From Candidatus Woesearchaeota archaeon (GTDB taxonomy: Archaea; Nanobdellota; Nanobdellia; SCGC-AAA011-G17; GW2011-AR18): a stretch of 17,641 nucleotides of DNA. The stretch is from NCBI GenBank assembly GCA_018302765.1, contig JAGVZG010000010.1:1-17641 (forward strand), written 5' to 3'. Under the pieces are notes generated by a model, which did no database searches, was not told the origin of the DNA, and saw only the letters and a list, made by a program, of their open reading frames with translations. The position numbers were made by a program, and so were the translations under genes. Shown here in pieces: positions 1 to 8,626 of the stretch; position 1 is the first letter of the stretch, and each line of letters opens with the position of its first letter.

Positions 1-19
1 TTGAAATTAGTCAATTTTA

Positions 20-85
20 CCGAGCCGTAATGCCCCACAGCTTGCTGTGAAGTGAGCGTATTCGCGAACGATGGGATAGGCTCGG
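20..85. repeat. GC-rich nested inverted-repeat element (REP-like or IS200/IS605-end-like hairpin)
   Basis: CCGAGCC (20-26) pairs with GGCTCGG (79-85). Inner hairpin CACAG-CTTG-CTGTG (36-49) and palindrome TTCGCGAA (61-68). Strongly GC-rich against AT-rich flanks. Confidence 0.55.
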
Positions 86-150
86 AATTAGTTTACTTTA
101 TATTTTATAAGACATAAGTATTTTTAAAATAAGTATTATTTAAATTATAT

Positions 151-1155
151 ATGAATTTAGAGAAGTTAGTGCTTGGGGTGATAAAAAGACACCAAAAAGA
201 GGTTGTAACTGCAATCGATAGTCCATTAAAAGTTATTATTCCTCATGAACAACTCAGTCTATTATCGCCTGAAGTTGTTCCAAGAACAAAAGACGACAGA
301 GAAAAACTTGGAGCAAGAAGGGCAGGATTTACAGGTGAATTATTTGAGAGATTAAGTATATTCTTTTATGGCGGCTGCCTTGTTGAAGCGCCGTTTTTTA
401 TATCAAATGGTATAACTGGCACTAGGCACATAGACGAAAGCTCTTTGGTAAAGCATGAAGTTGAGGAGCCTGATAAAGGAATATATGGAAAACCAGATAT
501 TATTGATGTTGAAGAAAAAAGGATTTGGGAATCTAAAGCCTGCGTTGTTGGAAAAAAAGTTAATTTGACTGATTTGCAGATAGGAGTATATAGAGAATTG
601 CAATTAATGCATAGAAGAGAAAATGAATATTGGAAAATTTCATTTGTTTTTCATAGACATGGTGTGGAAGGTGTAAGAGCAAACTATAGAAGAAGTATTG
701 AAGAATTACTAAAAGAATTTTCTGAAAAAATGGTTTATTCTCTTGTTCTTCCATTAAGTCTAGTAATGGAATTGCATAGTCCGTCAATAGCTGAACAAGC
801 TTATAATAAAGAGTTTATTGCTAATACTCAAGACCATAAACTTCTTGAACTTTATAAAAATCGCAGAGGTTTAGTTTCAAGATATAAAAATCCTTTGTCT
901 CAAAGATCAAGACACCTTCCAAATACATATACTGCACTAAAAACAGGGGCAATGGATAGGTTGTTAAAAGAACCTGAAAAATTAATTGAAGAGCTTGGGT
1001 TGCCATTAACAAGATACAGGATTGAAAGGTTATTGTCTCCTAACATGTTTTTTATAAATAATAATTTACTAAGACAGTATCCTATAGTTGTAATATCTGA
1101 TAGAAATCATAAACGTTGGGTGGATAAAATTCATTATCATGATGTTCCATTTTAA
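151..1155 (+). CDS. PD-(D/E)XK nuclease superfamily protein, paralog 1
   Basis: 334-aa ORF with E (GELFERL)...PD (KPDII)...ESK (WESKAC)...QxxxY (LQIGVY). Aligns by eye with the next ORF. C-terminus DVPF. Confidence 0.7.
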   Translation: MNLEKLVLGVIKRHQKEVVTAIDSPLKVIIPHEQLSLLSPEVVPRTKDDREKLGARRAGFTGELFERLSIFFYGGCLVEAPFFISNGITGTRHIDESSLVKHEVEEPDKGIYGKPDIIDVEEKRIWESKACVVGKKVNLTDLQIGVYRELQLMHRRENEYWKISFVFHRHGVEGVRANYRRSIEELLKEFSEKMVYSLVLPLSLVMELHSPSIAEQAYNKEFIANTQDHKLLELYKNRRGLVSRYKNPLSQRSRHLPNTYTALKTGAMDRLLKEPEKLIEELGLPLTRYRIERLLSPNMFFINNNLLRQYPIVVISDRNHKRWVDKIHYHDVPF

Positions 1156-1240
1156 AAATAATAAGTTAAATTTTTTTAGAATTAATCATTAAAAGCCAGA
1201 ATAGGTTATATTTAAGAAATTTTTGTATTTATTGATTTTT

Positions 1241-2077
1241 ATGGCTAGATTAGAAACAATAATCAGAAATATGTTACCATTGCATAAAACTCCTATAAAA
1301 CCTAAAAGAAAAACAATATCATTAATAAGGTGTGGAATTTTAGATTCGCAACTTAATTCTTCAAATGCCTCAATAGCTATGGGAATTTTTTATGAAGTTT
1401 TATCTCAGGCGTTTTACGGTGGAGAATTAGGAAAGCATGTAGGTATTGACAATGGGAATGGGGACAGTACTTCAACGCGCCCAGATATTATCAATACAAA
1501 GGAAAATATTATTTATGAAGTAAAATCATGTCGTAGAGGTAAAGAATTTTTCCTGCAGGATAGGCAGATGGAATTCTATAAGGCTATGCAAGTTAATTTT
1601 TTAAGCAATAATAAAAAATATCCAAAAATATATTTCGTAATTTATGTCCATCCTTTTGAAGGAGTAAGGTCTGCTTGGAAAGGCACAAGATATGAAATGT
1701 ATGATGCTCTGGCTAGTGAAACTTTGTATTCTCTTGTAGTACCTTTTAATCTCATAGTTAATCTGCATGATCCCAATAGGGAAATAGGTGATTTAGTATA
1801 TACATATAATAATAAAACAAAATATAACACAGGTTCTAAAGTAAGATCATCAGCAATAAAGGGGTTGTTTACAGAGCCTGAAAGAGTAATTAGACTTTTA
1901 GGAGGATATACTTCAGATTATTCTATTGAAAGACTTAGAGTCCCTAGAGATATTCATGTAAGAATTGGCAAAGTAAAGAGAATAAAACAATTTCCTATAG
2001 TTAAAATAGATTATAAAGACTATGATAAGTGGTCTGAAACATTTTCTAAAGAATATTTAGGAGATGTCCCATTCTAG
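1241..2077 (+). CDS. PD-(D/E)XK nuclease superfamily protein, paralog 2
   Basis: E (IFYEVL)...RPDII...YEVKSC...RQMEFY. ATG 1241 is preferred to TTG 1223 because it lies ~30 nt downstream of TATATTTAA. C-terminus DVPF. Confidence 0.7.
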   Translation: MARLETIIRNMLPLHKTPIKPKRKTISLIRCGILDSQLNSSNASIAMGIFYEVLSQAFYGGELGKHVGIDNGNGDSTSTRPDIINTKENIIYEVKSCRRGKEFFLQDRQMEFYKAMQVNFLSNNKKYPKIYFVIYVHPFEGVRSAWKGTRYEMYDALASETLYSLVVPFNLIVNLHDPNREIGDLVYTYNNKTKYNTGSKVRSSAIKGLFTEPERVIRLLGGYTSDYSIERLRVPRDIHVRIGKVKRIKQFPIVKIDYKDYDKWSETFSKEYLGDVPF

Positions 2078-2148
2078 AATTTTTTAACACTTCCAAATAG
2101 ACTATTTATCTTACACTAGTGCTGATTTATTACAAAGTTTTCAGAAAA

Positions 2149-2390
2149 TCTAATGAAAATTAAATAAAACCCAAGATAGAATTTGTTGTTTAATAACAAT
2201 TAATGAAACAAGAGACGGTATATTTATAGAAAACAGGTATTTGAAAGACAAAAAATTACCATTAAAAAGTTATGTAAAACCGCATAGAATATTTACAATA
2301 AATGAAAATATAATAAGAAAGAAAATTTGTAATGTTAATAATGAATTTCACAAGATAATTACCAATAAAATTAATTCAATAATAGAATAA
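2149..2390 (+). pseudogene. PemK/MazF-family endoribonuclease toxin, frameshifted and 5'-degraded
   Basis: Frame ending TAA 2388-2390 reads KLNKTQDRICCLITINETRDGIFIENRYLKDKKLPLKSYVKPHRIFTINENIIRKKICNVNNEFHKIITNKINSIIE, matching the MazF pattern SN..N...D.I...IT...L...S.V....I.T....I...I..L. The SNE part sits in another frame across an A-run at 2156-2159. No start codon and no N-terminal K-R-P motif. Confidence 0.7.
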
Positions 2391-2433
2391 ATCCACAACA
2401 AACTTTAAAAACAAACTAATTCTTAATCATAGT

Positions 2434-3819
2434 ATGAAAGATTCAATTATAGGTTTGGAAATTCATGTAAGTTTAAACACAAATACAAAGTTATTCTGTA
2501 GTTGTCCTTTATTGGGAAGTGATGATCCAAACTCAAGATGCTGCGATATTTGCATAGGCGCTCCTGGCTCTAAGCCTGTATTAAATAAAAAAGCAATGGA
2601 ATATGCTTTGAAATTGTGTTTGGCCTTAAACTGTAAGGTTTCAAATGAAGTGGTTTTCTCAAGAAAAACTTATTTTTATCCAGATATGGGAAAAAATTAT
2701 CAAATAACCCAATATGAAATACCAATAGGTTATGAAGGTTTTTTGGAAGTTTTTGGCAAAAAAATAAGAATAAGAAGAATTCAATTAGAAGAAGATCCTG
2801 CTGCTCTAGTGCATCAAGGGAATACTGTTTTAGTTGATTATAATAGGTCTGGAACTCCTCTATGCGAAATTGTTACAGAGCCAGATATGGAAAGTCCTGA
2901 AGAAGCAAGAGAATCCCTTAAGAGATTATTAACTATAATAAATTACATAAAGGTTTTTGACATAAAAAATTGTATTGTAAAGGCAGACGCCAATGTTAAT
3001 ATCAAAGGCTGCGAAAGGGTAGAAATAAAAAATATTAATGGATTTAAAGATATAGAAAGAGCAATTACTTATGAACTAGAAAGGCAGAGAAAATTATTGA
3101 AAGAAGGACAAGCAATTAAGCAAAAAGAGACAAGAGGTTGGGATTCAGACAAAGGAATAACTCTTTTTCAAAGGTATAAAGAGAGCGAAGCTGATTATGG
3201 TTATATTGTAGATCCTGATCTTGTTCCTATTGATATAAGTACAGAGTTAGTTGAAAAAACCAGAAAAGAACTTCCTGAATTGCCTCAGGAAAAATCCTTG
3301 AAATATCAAAAAGAATACAAGATCAGAAAAGAAGATGCAGAAGTATTAGCCAATGACTATGAACTAACAAGGTTATTGGAAGAAGCTATCAGCAAGAAAA
3401 TTGATCCTTTGTTTGCTGCAGAGTGGATAAGAAGAGAAGTAACAAGAGTATTAAATTATAATAAAAAAGAATTGAATGAGACATTTATTAATAAAAATCT
3501 GTTAAGTGTTTTAGAATTAATACAAGAAAATAAGGTAACAAGGCAGACAGGACAGAGATTAATGGAATTATTGGTTGAAAAAGACCTTGATGTTAAAAAA
3601 TACATTAAAGAAAATAATTTAGAAGTTGTTTCTGATACAAAAGAAATTGAAGAGATTTGTAAAAAAGTTATTAAGGAAAATGAGAAAGCTGTAAAAGAAT
3701 ATTTAGAAGGCAATGATAAATCATTTATGTTTTTAGTTGGTCAAATAATGCGTCATTCCAAAGGAAAAGCTGAGCCTAAAACAGTCAATGAATTATTGAA
3801 GAAATTAATAAAATTATAA
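2434..3819 (+). CDS. gatB: Asp-tRNA(Asn)/Glu-tRNA(Gln) amidotransferase subunit B
   Basis: IGLEIHV..NT.TKLFCSC, RKTYFYPD..KNYQITQY, RIQLEED, DYNRSGTPLCEIVTEPD, VEIKNIN and a C-terminal FLVGQIMR YqeY-like domain. 461 aa, without the GatE insertion. Confidence 0.97.
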   Translation: MKDSIIGLEIHVSLNTNTKLFCSCPLLGSDDPNSRCCDICIGAPGSKPVLNKKAMEYALKLCLALNCKVSNEVVFSRKTYFYPDMGKNYQITQYEIPIGYEGFLEVFGKKIRIRRIQLEEDPAALVHQGNTVLVDYNRSGTPLCEIVTEPDMESPEEARESLKRLLTIINYIKVFDIKNCIVKADANVNIKGCERVEIKNINGFKDIERAITYELERQRKLLKEGQAIKQKETRGWDSDKGITLFQRYKESEADYGYIVDPDLVPIDISTELVEKTRKELPELPQEKSLKYQKEYKIRKEDAEVLANDYELTRLLEEAISKKIDPLFAAEWIRREVTRVLNYNKKELNETFINKNLLSVLELIQENKVTRQTGQRLMELLVEKDLDVKKYIKENNLEVVSDTKEIEEICKKVIKENEKAVKEYLEGNDKSFMFLVGQIMRHSKGKAEPKTVNELLKKLIKL

Positions 3820-3921
3820 ATCTGCAATTATTATACATACAAATTTGTAGGGATAAGTTTTCTAATAAAAAATATATTTCAGAAAATAAAAAAGAAAATA
3901 AATTCAAAAAAATTTAGATTT

Positions 3922-4077
3922 TTATTTTTTCATTAGTTTTTTGCCTTTTACATAGGCCCATAGTTTTTTAGTCATTTCACTAGGTGGGATAGCTTTAGAG
4001 CCAAAAACTGATTCCATACTATCGCTTCTACCTGCAAAACTGACTGTCATTCCACCAAATGGTTTTTTTGCTGCCAT
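3922..4077 (-). CDS. 51-aa basic SWIB/MDM2-like mini-protein (not in the ORF track)
   Basis: MAAKKPFGGMTVSFAGRSDSMESVFGSKAIPPSEMTKKLWAYVKGKKLMKK. The segment VFG...IPPSEMTKKLWAYVK resembles the SWIB core (..G..P..R.EV.K.LW.YIK...L). Strong Shine-Dalgarno upstream. Confidence 0.8.
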   Translation of the reverse strand: MAAKKPFGGMTVSFAGRSDSMESVFGSKAIPPSEMTKKLWAYVKGKKLMKK

Positions 4078-4083
4078 AAATTT

Positions 4084-4090
4084 ACCTCCT
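4084..4090 (-). promoter_or_regulatory. Shine-Dalgarno AGGAGGT for the SWIB-like gene
   Basis: The reverse complement of ACCTCCT lies 6 nt upstream of ATG 4077. Confidence 0.8.
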
Positions 4091-4191
4091 TTTCTTTAAA
4101 TTTTAGACGTAGAAACCATTAATAAAATTATTGGATTTGCATAATATAGCTTATTATGGTCTTTTTTGGCATTTCTGCAATATAAGTTCAC

Positions 4192-5061
4192 CTAAATAGC
4201 AATAAATACTGTTCCAATAAGCATAATTATTGTTGCTAATATTTTTCTCTTTAAATTATTTTCATGAAATAATTCCCTACCAAAAAATACAGCAAATAAA
4301 ACACTCAATCTTTTTATGTTTATAACTAAACCAACGTTAGCAAGAGATACAGCATAAATCTGGCTTAGTCTATAACCAAAAGTTAGAATTCCAGCAAGCA
4401 TTATTAATTTCCAGTGTCTTCTAAATCCCATTTTTATGTCTTTAAAACCGCCATATAAAAAACTTGACAAAAAGAAAAAATTTACCGCTATAAATATTAA
4501 GACAAAAAACAAATAAGTATTTACATTTGTAATTTTTGTAACTATAAATCTATCTGCTACACTACTAAATGAATAAAACAACATTGACAAGAATATGTAA
4601 TGTATTGCTCTAGATTTTTTTAGGTTATAAAAGAATTCTTTATAATGTGTAAAGTGTCTTGTCTCAAGAATATAACCACCAACTAACACCAAGATTATTC
4701 CAGACCATTGTTTTACTGTTAGAAATTCTCCTAAAAAAATAATTCCTAATACTGCAATTAGAACAGGATTTAAATTCATTAAAGGTATGGCTGAGCTTAG
4801 TTCCATGTGCCTAATTGCTTTAGTTGCAAATAAAAATCCTAAAGTACCTAGCCATGATATTAAATAGATAAATAAAACATTTTTTATGCCGATATTAAAA
4901 TCAACAAATGGCATTAAAAATAAAGCCAGAACTGCATTTGTCAATGAAAATACAGCAGAGAATTCCATTGCATGTTCTTTAAACAGAATTTTTTTATCTA
5001 AAATTGAAACAATTCCAGTTAGAAGTGCTGCAAATAAAGCAAAGATTAACCATTGTTGCAT
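4192..5061 (-). CDS. EamA/DMT-family transporter (two EamA repeats)
   Basis: 289 aa, ~10 hydrophobic segments, with LSSAIPLMNLNPVLIAVLGIIFLGE.L and FAVFFGRELFHE motifs. The start overlaps the upstream stop (TAATG). Confidence 0.9.
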   Translation of the reverse strand: MQQWLIFALFAALLTGIVSILDKKILFKEHAMEFSAVFSLTNAVLALFLMPFVDFNIGIKNVLFIYLISWLGTLGFLFATKAIRHMELSSAIPLMNLNPVLIAVLGIIFLGEFLTVKQWSGIILVLVGGYILETRHFTHYKEFFYNLKKSRAIHYIFLSMLFYSFSSVADRFIVTKITNVNTYLFFVLIFIAVNFFFLSSFLYGGFKDIKMGFRRHWKLIMLAGILTFGYRLSQIYAVSLANVGLVINIKRLSVLFAVFFGRELFHENNLKRKILATIIMLIGTVFIAI

Positions 5062-6170
5062 TAAATACCACCGATCGCATGAATTATTCCAATTACTAGT
5101 ATAATGAACAAAACTATCTTTATTAATTTATTATCTGATAAACTATATTCCGGTGTTCTATCGCCTAATTTTTTAGCTCTTGAATGCATGATCAAGATCA
5201 TCATAAAAATTACCCCTAAAGCAATTGCGCCGCTTAGCTCTATTAATTTTGCAAAACCGAAAAATCCAGTCAATACAAGTATGAATGGGACTAATACAAC
5301 TATCAACCAAGAAGGAAAATTTTTTACTTTATAATCTAGAGTAAGGTTTTCCTTAAGAGCAAATCCTAAAACTACAAAAGCTGTTGACATTGCAAATATT
5401 GCAAATAAGTTAGCAAATACATTGATTCCAAAACTAAGTTTTGATAATGAAACTGTAGCTACCTCACCTACTTCTCCTAAAGCTCCAACTGTTGAAAATA
5501 TAAATAACAAATAAATTAAGAATGTTATTATCATACCTATTGTTATTGCTTTAAATAAATATTTTTTATTTTTTAATTCTTCATTCATTTCTGGTATAGC
5601 ACTTATTCCTGTAAATGCAAAAATAGAAATACCATAAGGAATTAAAATATTATAAAAATTAAATCCAGTTATATTTGTAAAATTTATAAACCTTAGTAAT
5701 AATAAGCTTAGAATTATTGAAACTATTATTTTTAAAGGAGTAAATATAGACTCAAACCTCTCTAATATATTTATTCCAAAATAGATTGTTGCTGCAAGAA
5801 TTATAAATAAAATCACAGAATATATTAAAGTATTTCCGCCAAAAATTGATGACAATGCCTGACTACTTCCTATTACGTATGCTGCTAAAGCGCCATAAAT
5901 ACTTAAGGTATTTGCTATAAACATAATTAATTTGCTTTTATCTCCTAAGTATTTTTCAGCTAAACCACTCAATTGGTGCTTTGTTTTTGTTCTAAGAACA
6001 ACTTCTCCTAAGTATAAACTAATTACAAAAATTATTACCGCTGTTATAGACATTACTAGAATTCCTGTGTAAAAACCTGCTTTAGAAAAAACATATGGTA
6101 AACCTAGAATTCCTGCGCCAACTGTAACTCCGACAAAAGTCCAGATGGCGTTAAAAAACTCTTTTTTCAT
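5061..6170 (-). CDS. Amino acid permease (aromatic amino acid/HAAAP-like, APC superfamily)
   Basis: GVTVGAGILGLPYVF..AGF TM1 signature and YGISIFAFTG..AIPEM. 369 aa, polytopic. Confidence 0.85.
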   Translation of the reverse strand: MKKEFFNAIWTFVGVTVGAGILGLPYVFSKAGFYTGILVMSITAVIIFVISLYLGEVVLRTKTKHQLSGLAEKYLGDKSKLIMFIANTLSIYGALAAYVIGSSQALSSIFGGNTLIYSVILFIILAATIYFGINILERFESIFTPLKIIVSIILSLLLLRFINFTNITGFNFYNILIPYGISIFAFTGISAIPEMNEELKNKKYLFKAITIGMIITFLIYLLFIFSTVGALGEVGEVATVSLSKLSFGINVFANLFAIFAMSTAFVVLGFALKENLTLDYKVKNFPSWLIVVLVPFILVLTGFFGFAKLIELSGAIALGVIFMMILIMHSRAKKLGDRTPEYSLSDNKLIKIVLFIILVIGIIHAIGGI

Positions 6171-6238
6171 AAATCTAAATAAAATACAATACTATAAATA
6201 TATTTTGATTACGAGTGCATTAATAATTTCTAATTATT

Positions 6239-6919
6239 CTAATGGTCTTTAGATTCAAATTTTGTAATTTCACTAATTTCATCTGATGATATTGAACAGC
6301 CTCTTAGTTTCAAACCCCATAACAAGCCATCCAATAAGTCAATTTCTGTGCTTCCAACAGTTACAAACTTGTTTAGTAATCCTTTCTCATATGCTATTAT
6401 AAGAAGTTCTGTGCTTCTTATTACTTTTACACCTTTAACTATCTCGCTAAATTCTTTTAATAACTTTTTATTTATGTCTACTTTTATATGCAATTTCCTT
6501 TCTAAAATTCTTCTTAAGGTGTAGGGATTTTCAATTAACAATCTCATTGTTCTTTCATCAACAACATAAGCTGCTGCTTGTACTCTAAGAACTAAAGCTA
6601 ATGCTTCTACTTCTCCTCTATCAACAATATGCAATATTTTTTCTTTTACACTATAAATGCTGTTTATATGTATTAATAGATCATCAACGTTCAATGGATT
6701 GTTTACTAAAAAATCTCCTTCTGTTATTGATTTATTTATCATTATAGATTCTAGCTTAAACATCTTTGTTGTAAATGGCTTGTCTATTAGCTCAAATTTA
6801 ACAGAGTTGGGGATGTAGAATTCTCCTCTAAATATTTGTTTTAATGGTTTTAAAACCCATAAAAGATCATTGGCTACTATGCTGATAACACTACTTGTAT
6901 CAAAAACCAATGTTTTCAT
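6239..6919 (-). CDS. PIN-domain protein (DUF3368/VapC-like)
   Basis: LVFDTSS, IPNSVKFEL, DRGEVEALAL and VVDER supply the four PIN acidic positions. Confidence 0.8.
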   Translation of the reverse strand: MKTLVFDTSSVISIVANDLLWVLKPLKQIFRGEFYIPNSVKFELIDKPFTTKMFKLESIMINKSITEGDFLVNNPLNVDDLLIHINSIYSVKEKILHIVDRGEVEALALVLRVQAAAYVVDERTMRLLIENPYTLRRILERKLHIKVDINKKLLKEFSEIVKGVKVIRSTELLIIAYEKGLLNKFVTVGSTEIDLLDGLLWGLKLRGCSISSDEISEITKFESKDH

Positions 6920-7485
6920 CTGAATAAACTCCTAGAAAATTTTAATCTTTCTATTGAATCTATTGTTATATTTTCCTTAACATCAGCAATATAGGTTTTG
7001 CCTATGTAATCCATAACTTCAAATTTGTTTATTCCAAGCAATTCTGCTGTTCTTCCTACTGACAATCCATGTTCATAAAGCCTGGAAGCCTTGTTTATTC
7101 TTGCTTTTCTAAAAACATCTTGTATATGTACTTTTAATTTTTTATCAATCTTCTCCAGTGTTGCAGTATATTGTTTCATGACTTTTTCAAAGCCTTGTAG
7201 ATCATTAGCAACCAATTTTTCTTTTGCAACTTCTAAGCCTCTGAAGCAGTCAAAACAAAATATCTTCCAGCCTTTAAATTTTCCATAGTGTGTTTCTCTC
7301 TCATAGATCTTGCTTAAAGAATAAATCAGTACTGCAACAGTTATAGAATATTCATCCTGATATATTGTAGCATCATGTATTGTTTCATTGCTTAAGTCCT
7401 TAAGTTGTTTTATATTATCTTCTTTGATTGATTTTGTTGCTTTGTCTAGAACTCTTATTATATTATTTCTTATATGTTCATCCAC
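6916..7485 (-). CDS. Helical protein with C-terminal UPF0175-like HTH (putative antitoxin partner)
   Basis: C-terminal ASRLYEHGLSVGRTAELLGINKFEVMDY resembles UPF0175 (LY..G.IS.G.AAELAG....E). GTG start with a GGGTGA SD. ATGA overlap with the PIN gene. Confidence 0.6.
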   Translation of the reverse strand: MDEHIRNNIIRVLDKATKSIKEDNIKQLKDLSNETIHDATIYQDEYSITVAVLIYSLSKIYERETHYGKFKGWKIFCFDCFRGLEVAKEKLVANDLQGFEKVMKQYTATLEKIDKKLKVHIQDVFRKARINKASRLYEHGLSVGRTAELLGINKFEVMDYIGKTYIADVKENITIDSIERLKFSRSLFR

Positions 7486-7531
7486 CTATTTTCACCCAAA
7501 TAAATAAATAAGCAGTAGTATTTATATTTTT

Positions 7532-8592
7532 TTAGAACTCTTTGACTAAAAATTTTGGATTTTTATAGAATTTTTCAGCTAACTTGCATAAACCTATTAA
7601 AGCCAAATAGTCCTTACCCTCATCTTTTAATTTGTTTTCTAATTGTTTTCTAATATCTTTTGATTTATGAGGATCTAGAAATTCTTTAAATGTGGATATT
7701 GTACCGTCAAATATTTTTACTGGGTTGTAAATTATGTCTTTTTGCGTAACTGCAGAAGTTATTTTGCTATAGCCATTATACTTTTTGTCATATATCAAAG
7801 CTAATTCTTTCCATACTTTCCTGCCCTCATCAGAAACTTGATTTTCTGTTTCATATCTCTTTAATGAATTAAGAATGCTTTTGTATAATACTTTAGAAAG
7901 TTCTTTATTGGAGTAATAAACTAGTTTAAGTCCAATGCTGTCTATTTTTTTACCTTCCAGATATATTCTGTCTATATTTAATTTTTTAAAGTATTTTAGA
8001 AACTGCTTTATTTGTTTAACATATGAAAAGACATGCGAAGTTTGGCAATTAACTATCATATCACAATTTTTTATTAAAGAAGCAACCTCAATTAAATTTT
8101 TGCCTCCGCTGTATATTTGGTGAACGTAGTCAAAATAGCCTTGCGCGTCAGTTTTAGTTAATTTCTTTACTATATTAAAAACATTGTCTATAAAACGCTG
8201 ATCAAATAAATATGTAACTTTATATTTTAGTTCTTTTGCTTTTATCTCTATGGCTTCAGAATCTATTCTCTTTCTTTCATTCTTTAAATGATCTTCTATT
8301 AAATCATGCCATAGTGAGGCACATATATACAATTCATCATCAACTTTATTGTTCTTTATGAAATTTTTTACCCATAAAGTCACCCAGACTGAATGTTCAG
8401 CCTTAGGCTTATTTTCCAGATGTAATGGATAAAATTCTTTGGTTTGATTTAGGAGAAAAATAAAAGCTTCGTTTATTTTATTTCCACCAAGGTTTAAATT
8501 TTTTATTAATTTATCTACATATTTTTTATCTTGGCTGCTGTAAAATTTTTTATGGCTGAAGTTATAGTATTATCCTCATATCTAAATATCAT
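7532..8592 (-). CDS. HD-domain phosphohydrolase (RelA/SpoT-Mesh1-type HD fold) with a -1 frameshift near its 5' end
   Basis: ASLWHDLIED (HD) and LIKNCDMIVN (K.aD...N). The frame stays open upstream of the track's GTG 8383, through EAFIF...KPKAEHSVWV (first HD His), to ~8567 with no ATG, GTG or TTG. ATG 8592 lies in the neighbouring frame, downstream of a TATTTAAAT box. The frames can join at ATA AAA AAT TTT (8553-8542). Confidence 0.65.
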
Positions 8593-8626
8593 AAAAATAA
8601 AATATGATAATAATTTAAATACTTAT

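Noticed and set aside
403-1012. Short antisense ORFs in the track (403-603, 560-787, 821-1012), and likewise those opposite gatB, the transporters, nrdJ, xpd and dsrE
   Set aside because: They are shadows of well-supported genes on the other strand and carry no motifs.
1223-1240. TTG start for nuclease 2
   Set aside because: It falls in the T-rich promoter region. ATG 1241 fits TATA spacing better.
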